Shown one piece after another: positions 36,413 through 49,083 of a DNA stretch of 64,000 nucleotides (positions within the stretch are counted from its first letter, which is position 1; each line of letters starts with the position of its first letter). The position numbers and the translations under genes were made by a program. Below the pieces are notes generated by a model that had not been told where the DNA came from, ran no database searches, and saw nothing but the letters and a program-made list of their open reading frames with translations. The stretch lies in NCBI GenBank assembly GCA_019456165.1, contig VRUJ01000020.1, positions 1,703 to 65,702 of the forward strand, written 5' to 3'. Origin of the DNA: Chloroflexota bacterium. GTDB taxonomy: Bacteria; Chloroflexota; Anaerolineae; Anaerolineales; UBA11579.

Positions 36413-37531
36413 ATGGCGAAGAAAAAGAAAACTGCTCCTCCGGAGAACGGAACTAACGGCTCGCGTGGAGCTGCTCTGGATAAAGCAATGGGAGAAATTA
36501 CCAAACGCTACGGGGAAGGCTCAATTATGAGATTGGGCGCTGCGGAGAGTTTATTGGTGGACGTAATCCCTACCGGTTCACTCTCACTCGATATAGCTCT
36601 AGGAGTTGGAGGTATCCCCCGCGGCCGCGTCACAGAGATTTACGGTCCAGAATCATCTGGTAAAACTACTGTTTGCCAACACATTGTTGCTGAAGCCCAG
36701 AAGTTGGGCGGCACTTGTGCCTTCATCGACATGGAACACGCATTAGACCCAGCCTATGCTGAACTTACCGGCGTGAACATCGATGACTTACTTATTTCTC
36801 AACCGGATACCGGCGAACAAGCTCTTGAGATCGTAGAGACTTTGGTACGCTCCGGAGCCATCGACGTCATAGTGATAGATTCGGTGGCTGCTTTGGTGCC
36901 TCGCTCAGAGATTGAAGGCGATATGGGCGCTCCTACTATGGGCATGCAGGCACGCTTAATGTCACAAGCGCTGCGTAAATTATCTGGCGTTATAAAGCTG
37001 ACCAATACTGCTGTGATTTTCACAAACCAACTGCGCCAAAAGATCGGTGTGATGTTTGGCAATCCGGAGACCACAACTGGCGGCATGGCGCTTAAGTTCT
37101 ATTCTTCTGTCCGCCTTGATATCCGCCGCATCCAATCGATCAAGGTCGGCTCAGATATTATCGGCAATCGTACTCGGGTGCGAGTGGTAAAAAATAAAGT
37201 CGCGCCGCCTTTCCGAACCATCGAATTCGATATCATGTATAATGAGGGTATATCAAAAGCTGGCGACCTGCTGGATTTGGCAACTGAACTGGATATAATC
37301 TCCAAACGTGGTTCTTATTACTCTTTTGGAGAAACTCGTCTAGGTCAAGGCCGTGAAAACGCAAAAAGTTTTCTACGCGAAAATCCTGGGATGGCCAAGG
37401 AAATCGAGATGACCATCCGCCACGAGATGCTGGACGAACAAATTCCACCTCCGCAAATTAGCATGCTTGAGGATTCTGAAGATGATGTTGAAGAAGCCGA
37501 ACAAATTGAGGAGTTGGAACTCGAAGTCTAA
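36413..37531 (+). CDS. recA: Recombinase RecA
   Basis: Walker [10 protein letters not shown] and L1/L2 loop regions. Start set at ATG 36413, with GGAGG 9 nt upstream. Long acidic C-terminal tail. Confidence 0.97.
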   Translation: MAKKKKTAPPENGTNGSRGAALDKAMGEITKRYGEGSIMRLGAAESLLVDVIPTGSLSLDIALGVGGIPRGRVTEIYGPESSGKTTVCQHIVAEAQKLGGTCAFIDMEHALDPAYAELTGVNIDDLLISQPDTGEQALEIVETLVRSGAIDVIVIDSVAALVPRSEIEGDMGAPTMGMQARLMSQALRKLSGVIKLTNTAVIFTNQLRQKIGVMFGNPETTTGGMALKFYSSVRLDIRRIQSIKVGSDIIGNRTRVRVVKNKVAPPFRTIEFDIMYNEGISKAGDLLDLATELDIISKRGSYYSFGETRLGQGRENAKSFLRENPGMAKEIEMTIRHEMLDEQIPPPQISMLEDSEDDVEEAEQIEELELEV

Positions 37532-38099
37532 CCGCATTAATAATCCTTACCCCCGATTTGGTTTTTTCATATTTATAACTGCGCTCTTGCTCACCGCTTG
37601 TGGTGGGCAAGTTGCGCGTAATCCAGCGAATCCCTTTATCGTACCCTCTTTGGTTCCTCAATCCTCACCGGTAATTGTAGAAACACCCACAGGAACTGTT
37701 ATCGAGAACACCGCTGTTCCAGATTGTACAGACGATCTGGTCTTTATCGATGATGTAACCATACCTGATGGGACTACATTCGGTCCCGGAGCACAGATTG
37801 ATAAGAGTTGGTTGGTAAGCAATGCAGGCACTTGCAACTGGGGCAATGGCTATACCTTGCGCTTATCCGCAGGACCAAACATGGGCGCAAGCGCAGAGCA
37901 CGCGCTTGTACCAGCGCGCAGCGGCAGTGAGACAGAGATTGGGATCACCTTTACCGCGCCAACAGCCCCCGGGGATTACCTAAGCAAGTGGCAGGCTTTC
38001 AACCCGGCTGGAGAACCTTTTGGGGAAGAATTCTTCATTGATATCACGGTGGATCTCAGCCTAGCGCCTCCACCCAGCCCGACCACTGGTGAATCTTAG
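37482..38099 (+). CDS. Lipoprotein with NBR1-like Ig-fold domain (paralogous domain to 31666-32817)
   Basis: Lipobox [41 protein letters not shown]. All in-frame ATG starts overlap the recA 3' end by at least 47 nt, so the start is uncertain. Confidence 0.7.
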   Translation: MMLKKPNKLRSWNSKSNRINNPYPRFGFFIFITALLLTACGGQVARNPANPFIVPSLVPQSSPVIVETPTGTVIENTAVPDCTDDLVFIDDVTIPDGTTFGPGAQIDKSWLVSNAGTCNWGNGYTLRLSAGPNMGASAEHALVPARSGSETEIGITFTAPTAPGDYLSKWQAFNPAGEPFGEEFFIDITVDLSLAPPPSPTTGES

Positions 38100-38209
38100 A
38101 TATCCCTCCCAAATAATTTATAGGGAGGAATTATTAAAAGAAAAATCATTGAGCTTTACAACTTGCATTGCACATAAAATAATTTAGTAAAATAAGTGAG
38201 GAGTTTCTA

Positions 38210-40153
38210 ATGAATATAGTAAATGATCTGCTCAGTGTGGATGCTGGCGATGATTTTGAAGTCGATGATCGGGATATTTCCACCGGCAGGCAGTTCACGG
38301 TTGGCAACCCTAATACATTGATCATCAAATCCACTGTGACCCCAGATGCCTTATTTACGAAAAATCTATATTTACAAAAAAACCATCCCCCAGCACATCT
38401 GATTCTCAGCCGCGATGGAGACGAAGTCATCCAAATGGTTAAATTCAACCGTCAGGCTTCTGGAGGGTTCCAAGACCGAACCGCAATTAGCATCAGCCTG
38501 GTAAATGCTAGCTATCTGCTCACACTGGATAAGAATAAGAATCATTTCAGGCATGTTGATAAATATTCTAAGAGTGAGAGAATCACTGCCTTTGGTGCCC
38601 ACGATAATAAATTCCGCTTTTGGCTGGTTTTCCCGCCTGAGCAGCTAGACTTATTATTGAAGATTTCCAAACTGCTTATGACAAAGTACAATCTCAAATC
38701 TGTCAGATTGTATGAAGAAATCGCCGGGGGATTACGCCCAGGGCCCGCTTTCCCAGCTGTGGTCTTCCGTGAGCTTTTGAAAGCTGCAAACCCTGGAATG
38801 GAATACAAAGCACAAATGCTTGAAGAGACTTCCGAAGAGGTAATTCTGCGCAGCGGTCCGGGATCGGAGCATGAAAAACTCATTCAGAAGAAAGTGCCCA
38901 AGGACAAGCCTGTTTCCATCTTAGATGACACAGAGGGCTGGTCGCTTATCGAAGTACTAGAGATGGTCAACGGTCAAAACTGGCTCAAGGGCTGGGTGCA
39001 ATCGAAATCCCTCAAAATAAAGAAATTTACGCCTGTTGTGCGTGATCATTATCTTGAATCTGATGAAGGCAGGCGAGTCCGGGTGCTGAATACACCTGGC
39101 AGTAATTTCAATGCCAAAAAAGAAATAAAACCCAAGTATGTGATCATGCATTACACCACAGGTTCCAATGTACGCCAGACGATCAATACTTTTACTAACG
39201 CCGCCAAAAGAGTCTCGGCGCACCTGCTCATCGGGCGGGATGGGCGTGTCTACCAATTTGTACCCTTCAATAGGCCTGCATACCACACAGGTTTTAGTTT
39301 TTGGGAAGGCCTTCCCTTTATAAATAATCATTCGATTGGTATTGAGATAGATAACTCTGGCTATCTCAAGGACGGTGAGAAGGAAAATGGCCATTGGGTC
39401 CGCAATAGAGTGGTAATCCCTGGCAGCAAGGTCAAGTCAGACACCCATTTTAAACACAATGAGCAGAGAAACTGGGAGGCATATACTCCAGAACAAATCG
39501 AGATAGCCCGTTCCATAACCAAAGCTCTCATCAAGCACTACACACCAGACTTAGAACCTGGTGAAGAATTTGACATCCTGGGGCACGACGACATCACTAA
39601 GTACAAATTAGACCCCGGCCCATTGTTTACCAAAACCATGCAAGATTGGCGCGAAGATATATTTAACCGCAGGGAGGCGAAAATCACCAAATACCACACC
39701 ATAAGTGAAAAAACCGCCCTGTATAAAGTGTTTGAAGGCGATTTTGAAGATGCGGTACCCAGGCTGGGTCACCCCGAGGTTGCGAATATAAAGCTAAGAG
39801 ATGGCAATCAGATTTTTCTAATTGACAAACAGAGGATATGGTCGGTGGTGAGATGGGTGAGCGGCAGCCGGCCTAGAGGTTGGGTCAGAACGAAGAATAT
39901 TAGAGAGCTGACCACAATAGTAAAGATTACCGGAGACAAAGTAAAGTTTTACCAATTGCTTTCCGGAAAAACTGCCGGCCCCCCGCCCACCGAGCATTGG
40001 CTAAGCCCAGTACCTCAGGGCACCCGCTTCCGCATCCTAAAAGTGGATAAGAAAGAAAAATTGGTAATGGTGGCTGCGCTCGATTTAATCAGGGAGCGAA
40101 AAAACGTAAAGGGCTGGGTTAGAGAGGAGGATATCGAAAAGATACCGGATTGA
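38210..40153 (+). CDS. N-acetylmuramoyl-L-alanine amidase (Amidase_2/PGRP fold) with a degenerate N-terminal duplicate and SH3b-like domains; no signal peptide
   Basis: 647 aa with a GAGGAG RBS. The active domain has VIMHYTTG, AHLLIGRDG, AYH and GHDDITKYKLDPGP. The N-terminal copy has IIKSTVT, AHLILSRDG, ASG and EEIAGGLRPGP. Confidence 0.85.
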   Translation: MNIVNDLLSVDAGDDFEVDDRDISTGRQFTVGNPNTLIIKSTVTPDALFTKNLYLQKNHPPAHLILSRDGDEVIQMVKFNRQASGGFQDRTAISISLVNASYLLTLDKNKNHFRHVDKYSKSERITAFGAHDNKFRFWLVFPPEQLDLLLKISKLLMTKYNLKSVRLYEEIAGGLRPGPAFPAVVFRELLKAANPGMEYKAQMLEETSEEVILRSGPGSEHEKLIQKKVPKDKPVSILDDTEGWSLIEVLEMVNGQNWLKGWVQSKSLKIKKFTPVVRDHYLESDEGRRVRVLNTPGSNFNAKKEIKPKYVIMHYTTGSNVRQTINTFTNAAKRVSAHLLIGRDGRVYQFVPFNRPAYHTGFSFWEGLPFINNHSIGIEIDNSGYLKDGEKENGHWVRNRVVIPGSKVKSDTHFKHNEQRNWEAYTPEQIEIARSITKALIKHYTPDLEPGEEFDILGHDDITKYKLDPGPLFTKTMQDWREDIFNRREAKITKYHTISEKTALYKVFEGDFEDAVPRLGHPEVANIKLRDGNQIFLIDKQRIWSVVRWVSGSRPRGWVRTKNIRELTTIVKITGDKVKFYQLLSGKTAGPPPTEHWLSPVPQGTRFRILKVDKKEKLVMVAALDLIRERKNVKGWVREEDIEKIPD

Positions 40154-40261
40154 TGTCAACATTCCAGGCAATTGGGACCCTTTCAATAATATGGAATTAA
40201 ATTTCAAGCGAATTGACACTTTTAGTAAATCAACTCAATCCAGTGGTCCAAAACCACGAAA

Positions 40262-40394
40262 TGTCATTTCGAGAAGGACAAATCGTGTTTTGTCCGCCGA
40301 GAAATCCCTGAAACGCTCATATTACAGATTGGTAGGTCTTGAAAACCTGAGGATTTAGAGATTCCTTACTCCCTGCGGGAGGTTCGGAATGACA
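40262..40394. repeat. Second REPIN-like doublet (two inverted units of about 46 nt)
   Basis: Unit TGTCATTTCGA-[GGACAAA..TTTGTCC]-GAGAAATCCCT at 40262-40309. An inverted unit at 40349-40394 reads, when reverse-complemented, TGTCATTCCGA-[CTCCC..GGGAG]-AAGGAATCTCT. Confidence 0.8.
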
Positions 40395-40482
40395 AAAACT
40401 AGAGTATTTTTATTATTTTGCCAATATATTTAATCGATTTTATTAATACTTTCAGGTGGCGAGTTAAACTTGCCTAAAATAA

Positions 40483-40512
40483 AAGCTTCCCGCAATTTCG
40501 ATCGGGAAGCTT
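40483..40512. terminator. Bidirectional intrinsic terminator candidate (ahcY on the minus strand, amidase on the plus strand)
   Basis: 10-bp stem AAGCTTCCCG / CGGGAAGCTT with a 10-nt loop. Flanked by AAAATAAA on the left (a T-run for the minus strand) and CTTATTT on the right. Confidence 0.6.
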
Positions 40513-40583
40513 CTTATTTATCCATATAGGACTTACCTAAAAAAATATAGTAATTTTGTGCATTTAGGTTTCTTTTATATATA

Positions 40584-40605
40584 ACAAGGGGTTTAAACCC
40601 CTTGT
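40584..40605. repeat. Perfect 22-nt palindrome ACAAGGGGTTTAAACCCCTTGT (copy 2 of 2)
   Basis: Identical to 3085-3106. Lies 66 nt downstream of the ahcY stop. Confidence 0.9.
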
Positions 40606-40670
40606 CTATGACAGAAAACTACCCAATTGTGTACGTCCTTCCGTAATTAGTAATGTTATTTGCAGTCAGT

Positions 40671-41933
<1,263 letters not shown>

Positions 41934-41965
41934 TTACTCCAAATTGGATTATTTATAATAATCGT

Positions 41966-42940
41966 TCACTTTTCAATCAATGCATCCAGCACGCTGTTAT
42001 CGTCGAAATGCTCACGATAGCGGGAAACAAACTCCTGCCTGGTAAATGTGTGGCCCTGCGGGCCGTCCTGCTCCAGGCAGTATGTAGCAGTGAGCGCGCC
42101 AGTACGCCCACAAGTTTCCCAATCCCAGCCCCGGCTGTACCCAGTCAGGAATCCACCTCGGAATGCATCGCCACTTCCCGTAGGGTCTTTGATCTGAGTG
42201 GTTTTTACAGCAGGGACACGTATTTCTTCATCTTCGACGGAAATTGTTGCACCATTCTCACCCGCTGTAATAACCAGAAAACCAACGTTACTTAGGATGT
42301 CTGTTTTATTCATTCCAGTTTTCTTTTGGATCATACCAAACTCATACTCATTGACAAATAGCGCTTTGGCGCCTTCGATACCGTCACGCAAAACATCTCC
42401 TTCCACCCGTACGATCTGCTGGCTGGGATCATAGAGATATGGAATTCGCATCTCTTTGCACTCGGCGATATATTTGTCCATAGCGCCTGGGTCATTCGGT
42501 GAAACGACAACTAAATCCGGCTTCTGCCTTTCAAATTCGTGTAAACTTTGTTCTGCGGCGTGTTCCATCGCGCCCGGGTAAAAGCTAGCCATCTGAGCGT
42601 TAGTTTCATCGGTAGTGGCAAAAAAGGAGGCCGTAAATTTATCCTCAATCACCTTCAAGCTGGATGTATCCACTCCTATGTCTTCTAACCAGGTACGGTC
42701 AGTGTCGAAATCTTTTCCTACAGTTGCCATTATGCGAGAGCGAACCCCAAGCAACGCTAGGTTGAAAGCAATATTAGCCGCGACCCCACCCCGCCGGCGA
42801 ACTAGCGAATCTACGAGAAAAGATAAGCTGATAGAATCGAGTTGATCTGCTAAGATGTGATCCTTAAATTGGCCCGGAAAGGTCATCAGGTAATCATATG
42901 CAACCGAGCCTGTAATGAGGATATTCATAGATGATTTCAC
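41966..42940 (-). CDS. PfkB-family carbohydrate/nucleoside kinase (adenosine kinase-like)
   Basis: 324 aa. C-terminal DPTGSGDAFRGG anion-hole motif. GTG start 11 nt after a GGGAGG located in the end of mtnA. Confidence 0.85.
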   Translation of the reverse strand: MKSSMNILITGSVAYDYLMTFPGQFKDHILADQLDSISLSFLVDSLVRRRGGVAANIAFNLALLGVRSRIMATVGKDFDTDRTWLEDIGVDTSSLKVIEDKFTASFFATTDETNAQMASFYPGAMEHAAEQSLHEFERQKPDLVVVSPNDPGAMDKYIAECKEMRIPYLYDPSQQIVRVEGDVLRDGIEGAKALFVNEYEFGMIQKKTGMNKTDILSNVGFLVITAGENGATISVEDEEIRVPAVKTTQIKDPTGSGDAFRGGFLTGYSRGWDWETCGRTGALTATYCLEQDGPQGHTFTRQEFVSRYREHFDDNSVLDALIEK

Positions 42941-42944
42941 TTTT

Positions 42945-43991
42945 TTATTTACCTCCCACTGCCTTGGGCAAATTTATATCAAAAGGAGCTTGAACAATAC
43001 CATTCTCCGTTACGATAGCGCTAACTAAGCGGTTGGGGGTGACGTCGAAAGCAGGGTTGCGCGCGCCAGCTCCGTGGGGGGAGATTGGTTGACCTGCGCG
43101 TTGGAGGTCCAGCACTTCTTCTGCTCCGCGCTCTTCAATGGGAATTAGATCACCGCTTGCAATAGAAAGATCGATAGTTGAGGTGGGCACAACGGCATAG
43201 AACGGTACTCCATTATCTTTAGCTGCCAAAGCCAGCATATATGTGCCGATCTTGTTGGCAACATCCCCATTTGCTGCTGTCCGGTCGGAACCGACAAACA
43301 CCTTCTGGGCTTGCCCCCGGCTCAGGAAATACCCTGCTGAGTTATCTGTGATAATTTCGTAAGGCACACCATATTGTTCCAACTCCCAGGCGGAAAGGCG
43401 CGCACCTTGTAAACGAGGCCGCGTTTCGTCCAATAGGACGTGGATCCGTTTTCCTTGCTCGTGGGCCATACGTATTACCCCCAGAGCTGTACCCCAATCT
43501 ACAGTAGCCAGCGCGCCAGTATTGCAATGATGGATGATCGTATCGCCATCTTCGATCAATTCAGCTCCATGTGCGGCCATGCGTTTATTTATTTCTACAT
43601 CTTCATCCGCGATTGATTGAGCTTCCGCTAAAATTAATTCTTGCAATTGTACTAACCCACCATCAAACGTAGAGGTCGCGCTAATCATACGGTCTAGCGC
43701 CCAACCTAAATTCACCGCGGTTGGTCTGGCAGATCGCAGGGTGTCGGCTGCAATTTGCAATTCAGTTCGCAATGACTGTACATCATTAGCTTTGGACCGC
43801 ATGGCGGTGAGCGCCAACCCAAAAGCAGCCGAAGCTCCAATTGCAGGCGCGCCGCGCACCACCATATTTGTTATCGCATCAGCCACTTGTTGGAAATCGC
43901 TTAAGGTTGCTACTTTAAATTCCCCCGGCAAGAGTCGTTGGTCAATCATCCTAACTTCGTTTAGCTTATAATCCCATTCTACGGTTCGCAT
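42945..43991 (-). CDS. mtnA: S-methyl-5-thioribose-1-phosphate isomerase (eIF-2B alpha/beta/delta family)
   Basis: MRTVEWD...MIDQRLLP N-terminus and GSDRTAANGDVANKIGTY motif. Start set at ATG 43991; the ORF track starts at TTG 44003. Confidence 0.9.
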   Translation of the reverse strand: MRTVEWDYKLNEVRMIDQRLLPGEFKVATLSDFQQVADAITNMVVRGAPAIGASAAFGLALTAMRSKANDVQSLRTELQIAADTLRSARPTAVNLGWALDRMISATSTFDGGLVQLQELILAEAQSIADEDVEINKRMAAHGAELIEDGDTIIHHCNTGALATVDWGTALGVIRMAHEQGKRIHVLLDETRPRLQGARLSAWELEQYGVPYEIITDNSAGYFLSRGQAQKVFVGSDRTAANGDVANKIGTYMLALAAKDNGVPFYAVVPTSTIDLSIASGDLIPIEERGAEEVLDLQRAGQPISPHGAGARNPAFDVTPNRLVSAIVTENGIVQAPFDINLPKAVGGK

Positions 43992-44053
43992 GCTAGACAC
44001 CAAAAGACGCCCTCATTCGAGAGCGCCCTATTAGAATTTTCAAGAGCGTTGTG

Positions 44054-44082
44054 AGTTTAACACGCAATTCTTATGTTGTCAA
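44054..44082 (-). promoter_or_regulatory. Candidate promoter of the mtnA-kinase-ahcY operon (-35 TTGACA, -10 TAAACT)
   Basis: On the minus strand, TTGACA (44082-44077), a 17-nt spacer, and TAAACT (44059-44054). This is the same -10 hexamer as the recA candidate. Confidence 0.45.
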
Positions 44083-44254
44083 AGAATTAATCGCGTGTAA
44101 ACAATATCAGATTTCCTGCGGGTCAAAGGCAGTTGCAGACCAAAAGAATTTCTTCTATCCTAACCCTAAAGAATTCACAGAATCCTTGGAGTCGTTTTTC
44201 CCCGATGCTTAAACTCAACCATGCTATAATCCCCATATATTGGAGCCGTAAATA

Positions 44255-44785
44255 ATGTTTGATCCGACCAGACTAAACAACTTCTTCTTTATCATCTCCG
44301 CCTGGGGTGGTGCTTTTCTAGTAGCCTTGTGGTTAAGTTTAATGTTTTGGACTTATCGCGACATGCAGGCGCGCGGCCGCGATCCTCTCACACGCTTTCT
44401 GGCCGTTTTAGTAGTGGCCGCACTATTTTTACCAGGAATTGTCATCTACCTCATCCTAAGGCCTAAGCAAACTTTAGAAGAAGCTTACCAACAGACCCTC
44501 GAGGAAGAAGCGCTGCTGCACGCAATAGACGAAGCGCACTACTGCCCGGGATGCAGTTTACGCACCAAGGCTGATTGGAAAACCTGTCCTAACTGCCACA
44601 CCAAACTTAAGAAAACATGCCACCACTGCGGACGTCTGATGGAACTTCCTTGGAATCTATGCCCCCATTGCGGTACTCCGGCTCCAGGCATGCACAAGGA
44701 GAATCTCACCATGGACGAGGCTTTACGCCCAATTCCGGCAGATTCCAATCAGGCTGAAGAAGGAAATCAGCAGGAAAATGCGTAA
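44255..44785 (+). CDS. Membrane protein with two C-terminal zinc ribbons
   Basis: 176 aa. Two TM helices, then CPGC...CPNC and CHHCG...CPHCG. Confidence 0.7.
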   Translation: MFDPTRLNNFFFIISAWGGAFLVALWLSLMFWTYRDMQARGRDPLTRFLAVLVVAALFLPGIVIYLILRPKQTLEEAYQQTLEEEALLHAIDEAHYCPGCSLRTKADWKTCPNCHTKLKKTCHHCGRLMELPWNLCPHCGTPAPGMHKENLTMDEALRPIPADSNQAEEGNQQENA

Positions 44786-45071
44786 CTTTACGTAGATTTA
44801 TCAGTTTTACCACCACATATGGGGGTTATGAAGAAAACTCATCCTATATATTTCATAACTATTTTAAAAAAATGGTGTTTAATCAATTAATCATCTTGAT
44901 AAACAATATCCTGCTTATATTTATTACAATCCGAGTTCCTTTAAAGTAATTATCCTAAACAGTACAAAAAAACTTCGATCAAAGGAGGCTCTATCGAGAA
45001 TTTATATAATCTTACCCGATTACACACTCTAATTTTATCAACTATTCTTTCCAATACCGAGGAGGTATAAA

Positions 45072-45341
45072 GTGGATGACCTTGCTGGACTTTTAGTAAT
45101 AGGTGCTGTTGTCGAAGCAACTGTCCAAATCTTAAGACTTATTTGGGACGCTGGTACACGCAACTTTTCAATTACCTGGATTGTTGTAACCGCACTTGGC
45201 ATTGTGATTGCATTAATGGGTAGCCAAGACATGGTGAGCGAAATATGGGACCTGGGTGAAGTTGTAGGCCAGGTGCTTACCGGTTTGGTTTACGCACGCT
45301 TCGCCATGTTTGTGCACGACGTGTACAAGAAAGCTGCATAA
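45072..45341 (+). CDS. Small membrane protein (89 aa, 2-3 hydrophobic helices)
   Basis: GTG start with AGGAGG 7 nt upstream, followed by a strong terminator hairpin. Confidence 0.55.
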   Translation: MDDLAGLLVIGAVVEATVQILRLIWDAGTRNFSITWIVVTALGIVIALMGSQDMVSEIWDLGEVVGQVLTGLVYARFAMFVHDVYKKAA

Positions 45342-45365
45342 TCTGAGTCAAACATAAAGACATTT

Positions 45366-45396
45366 AAAGGCGCTCCGTGAAAATTTGAGCGCCTTT
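45366..45396. terminator. Bidirectional intrinsic terminator candidate (small membrane gene on the plus strand, eno on the minus strand)
   Basis: Stem AAAGGCGCTC / GAGCGCCTTT with an 11-nt loop, followed by ATTTATTTAT. Confidence 0.7.
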
Positions 45397-45432
45397 ATTT
45401 ATTTATATATGCTTACAAGATAAATATACTTT

Positions 45433-46734
<1,302 letters not shown>

Positions 46735-46787
46735 TCATTTTTAAATATTATCTCAAGCTGATGATTCAAAGTCAGCAGTCAACTTCC

Positions 46788-48422
<1,635 letters not shown>

Positions 48423-48446
48423 TTACAAATCTGTTTAAATAAAAAA

Positions 48447-48474
48447 GGGAAGAGCCGTTGATAGGCACCTTCCC
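48447..48474 (-). terminator. Intrinsic terminator candidate after the Roadblock/LC7 gene
   Basis: On the minus strand, GGGAAG, a 16-nt loop, CTTCCC, then TTTTTTATTT. Confidence 0.45.
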
Positions 48475-48510
48475 GAAGAAGGCTATAAACAAGATCCACC
48501 TAATAATAGT

Positions 48511-48885
48511 CTAACCCACCAGAGTTTCAAGATCTTCAGCAGCCCGGCGCATTTCTAAAAAGATCATACCTAATTTTGCTTCTTCGCGGGCTAGAGCGGT
48601 TAGAACCGCTAAGTCCCCGACTGCGGTCACCAACACAAAACCTTGTTCCCCCCTGATGTAAACCTCATCTAAGGCGCCTCGTCCCAGTTCAGCGGCAATC
48701 CGCTCACCAAGGCTGTGCATCGCGGCAGACATAGCCGATACCCTATCTTCCTCAACATCTCCTGGTAAAGCAGACGCCATGGTTAACCCATCTACCGATA
48801 CGACCGCAGACGCGATAATATCAGGTGCAGACGATTGCATTTCTTGTAAGCGGTTTACTAATTTTTCCGCACGCGAATCTGCCAT
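48511..48885 (-). CDS. Roadblock/LC7 (MglB-like) domain protein
   Basis: 124 aa. The pattern ...ASAVVSVDGLTMAS...EDRVSAMSAAM...VYIRGEQGFVLV... is typical of the Robl_LC7 fold. Confidence 0.78.
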   Translation of the reverse strand: MADSRAEKLVNRLQEMQSSAPDIIASAVVSVDGLTMASALPGDVEEDRVSAMSAAMHSLGERIAAELGRGALDEVYIRGEQGFVLVTAVGDLAVLTALAREEAKLGMIFLEMRRAAEDLETLVG

Positions 48886-49083
48886 GGTTATTTCCTATAT
48901 GTGGATTCTTCTTACAAGTTCAACTTACTGTTTGAGTTTACCATAACTAGCGGACAAATGCAAAAGAGATTGACCTAATGATTTTGTTAACCAGACCTCA
49001 GGCAATTCTTTAAAGCATTTCTACTCATAAATGTATTTTCGTTGACCAAGATTTATCTTCATGTTAAACTAAAATGAGTTGCC

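Noticed and set aside
37467-37481. The ORF-track start (ATG 37467) for the lipoprotein gene overlapping recA.
   Set aside because: It gives an even longer overlap with recA. ATG 37482/37485 yields a more typical basic n-region before the lipobox, although the true start remains uncertain.
38100-40650. The amidase region could be a prophage.
   Set aside because: There are no integrase, holin, portal, tail or capsid genes on either side. A single lysin-like gene is insufficient evidence.
44004-44053. There could be an SAH or SAM riboswitch in the leader of the mtnA-kinase-ahcY operon.
   Set aside because: The leader is only about 50 nt long, and I could not match it to the SAH or SAM-I/II consensus elements I remember. 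An Rfam cmscan would settle this.
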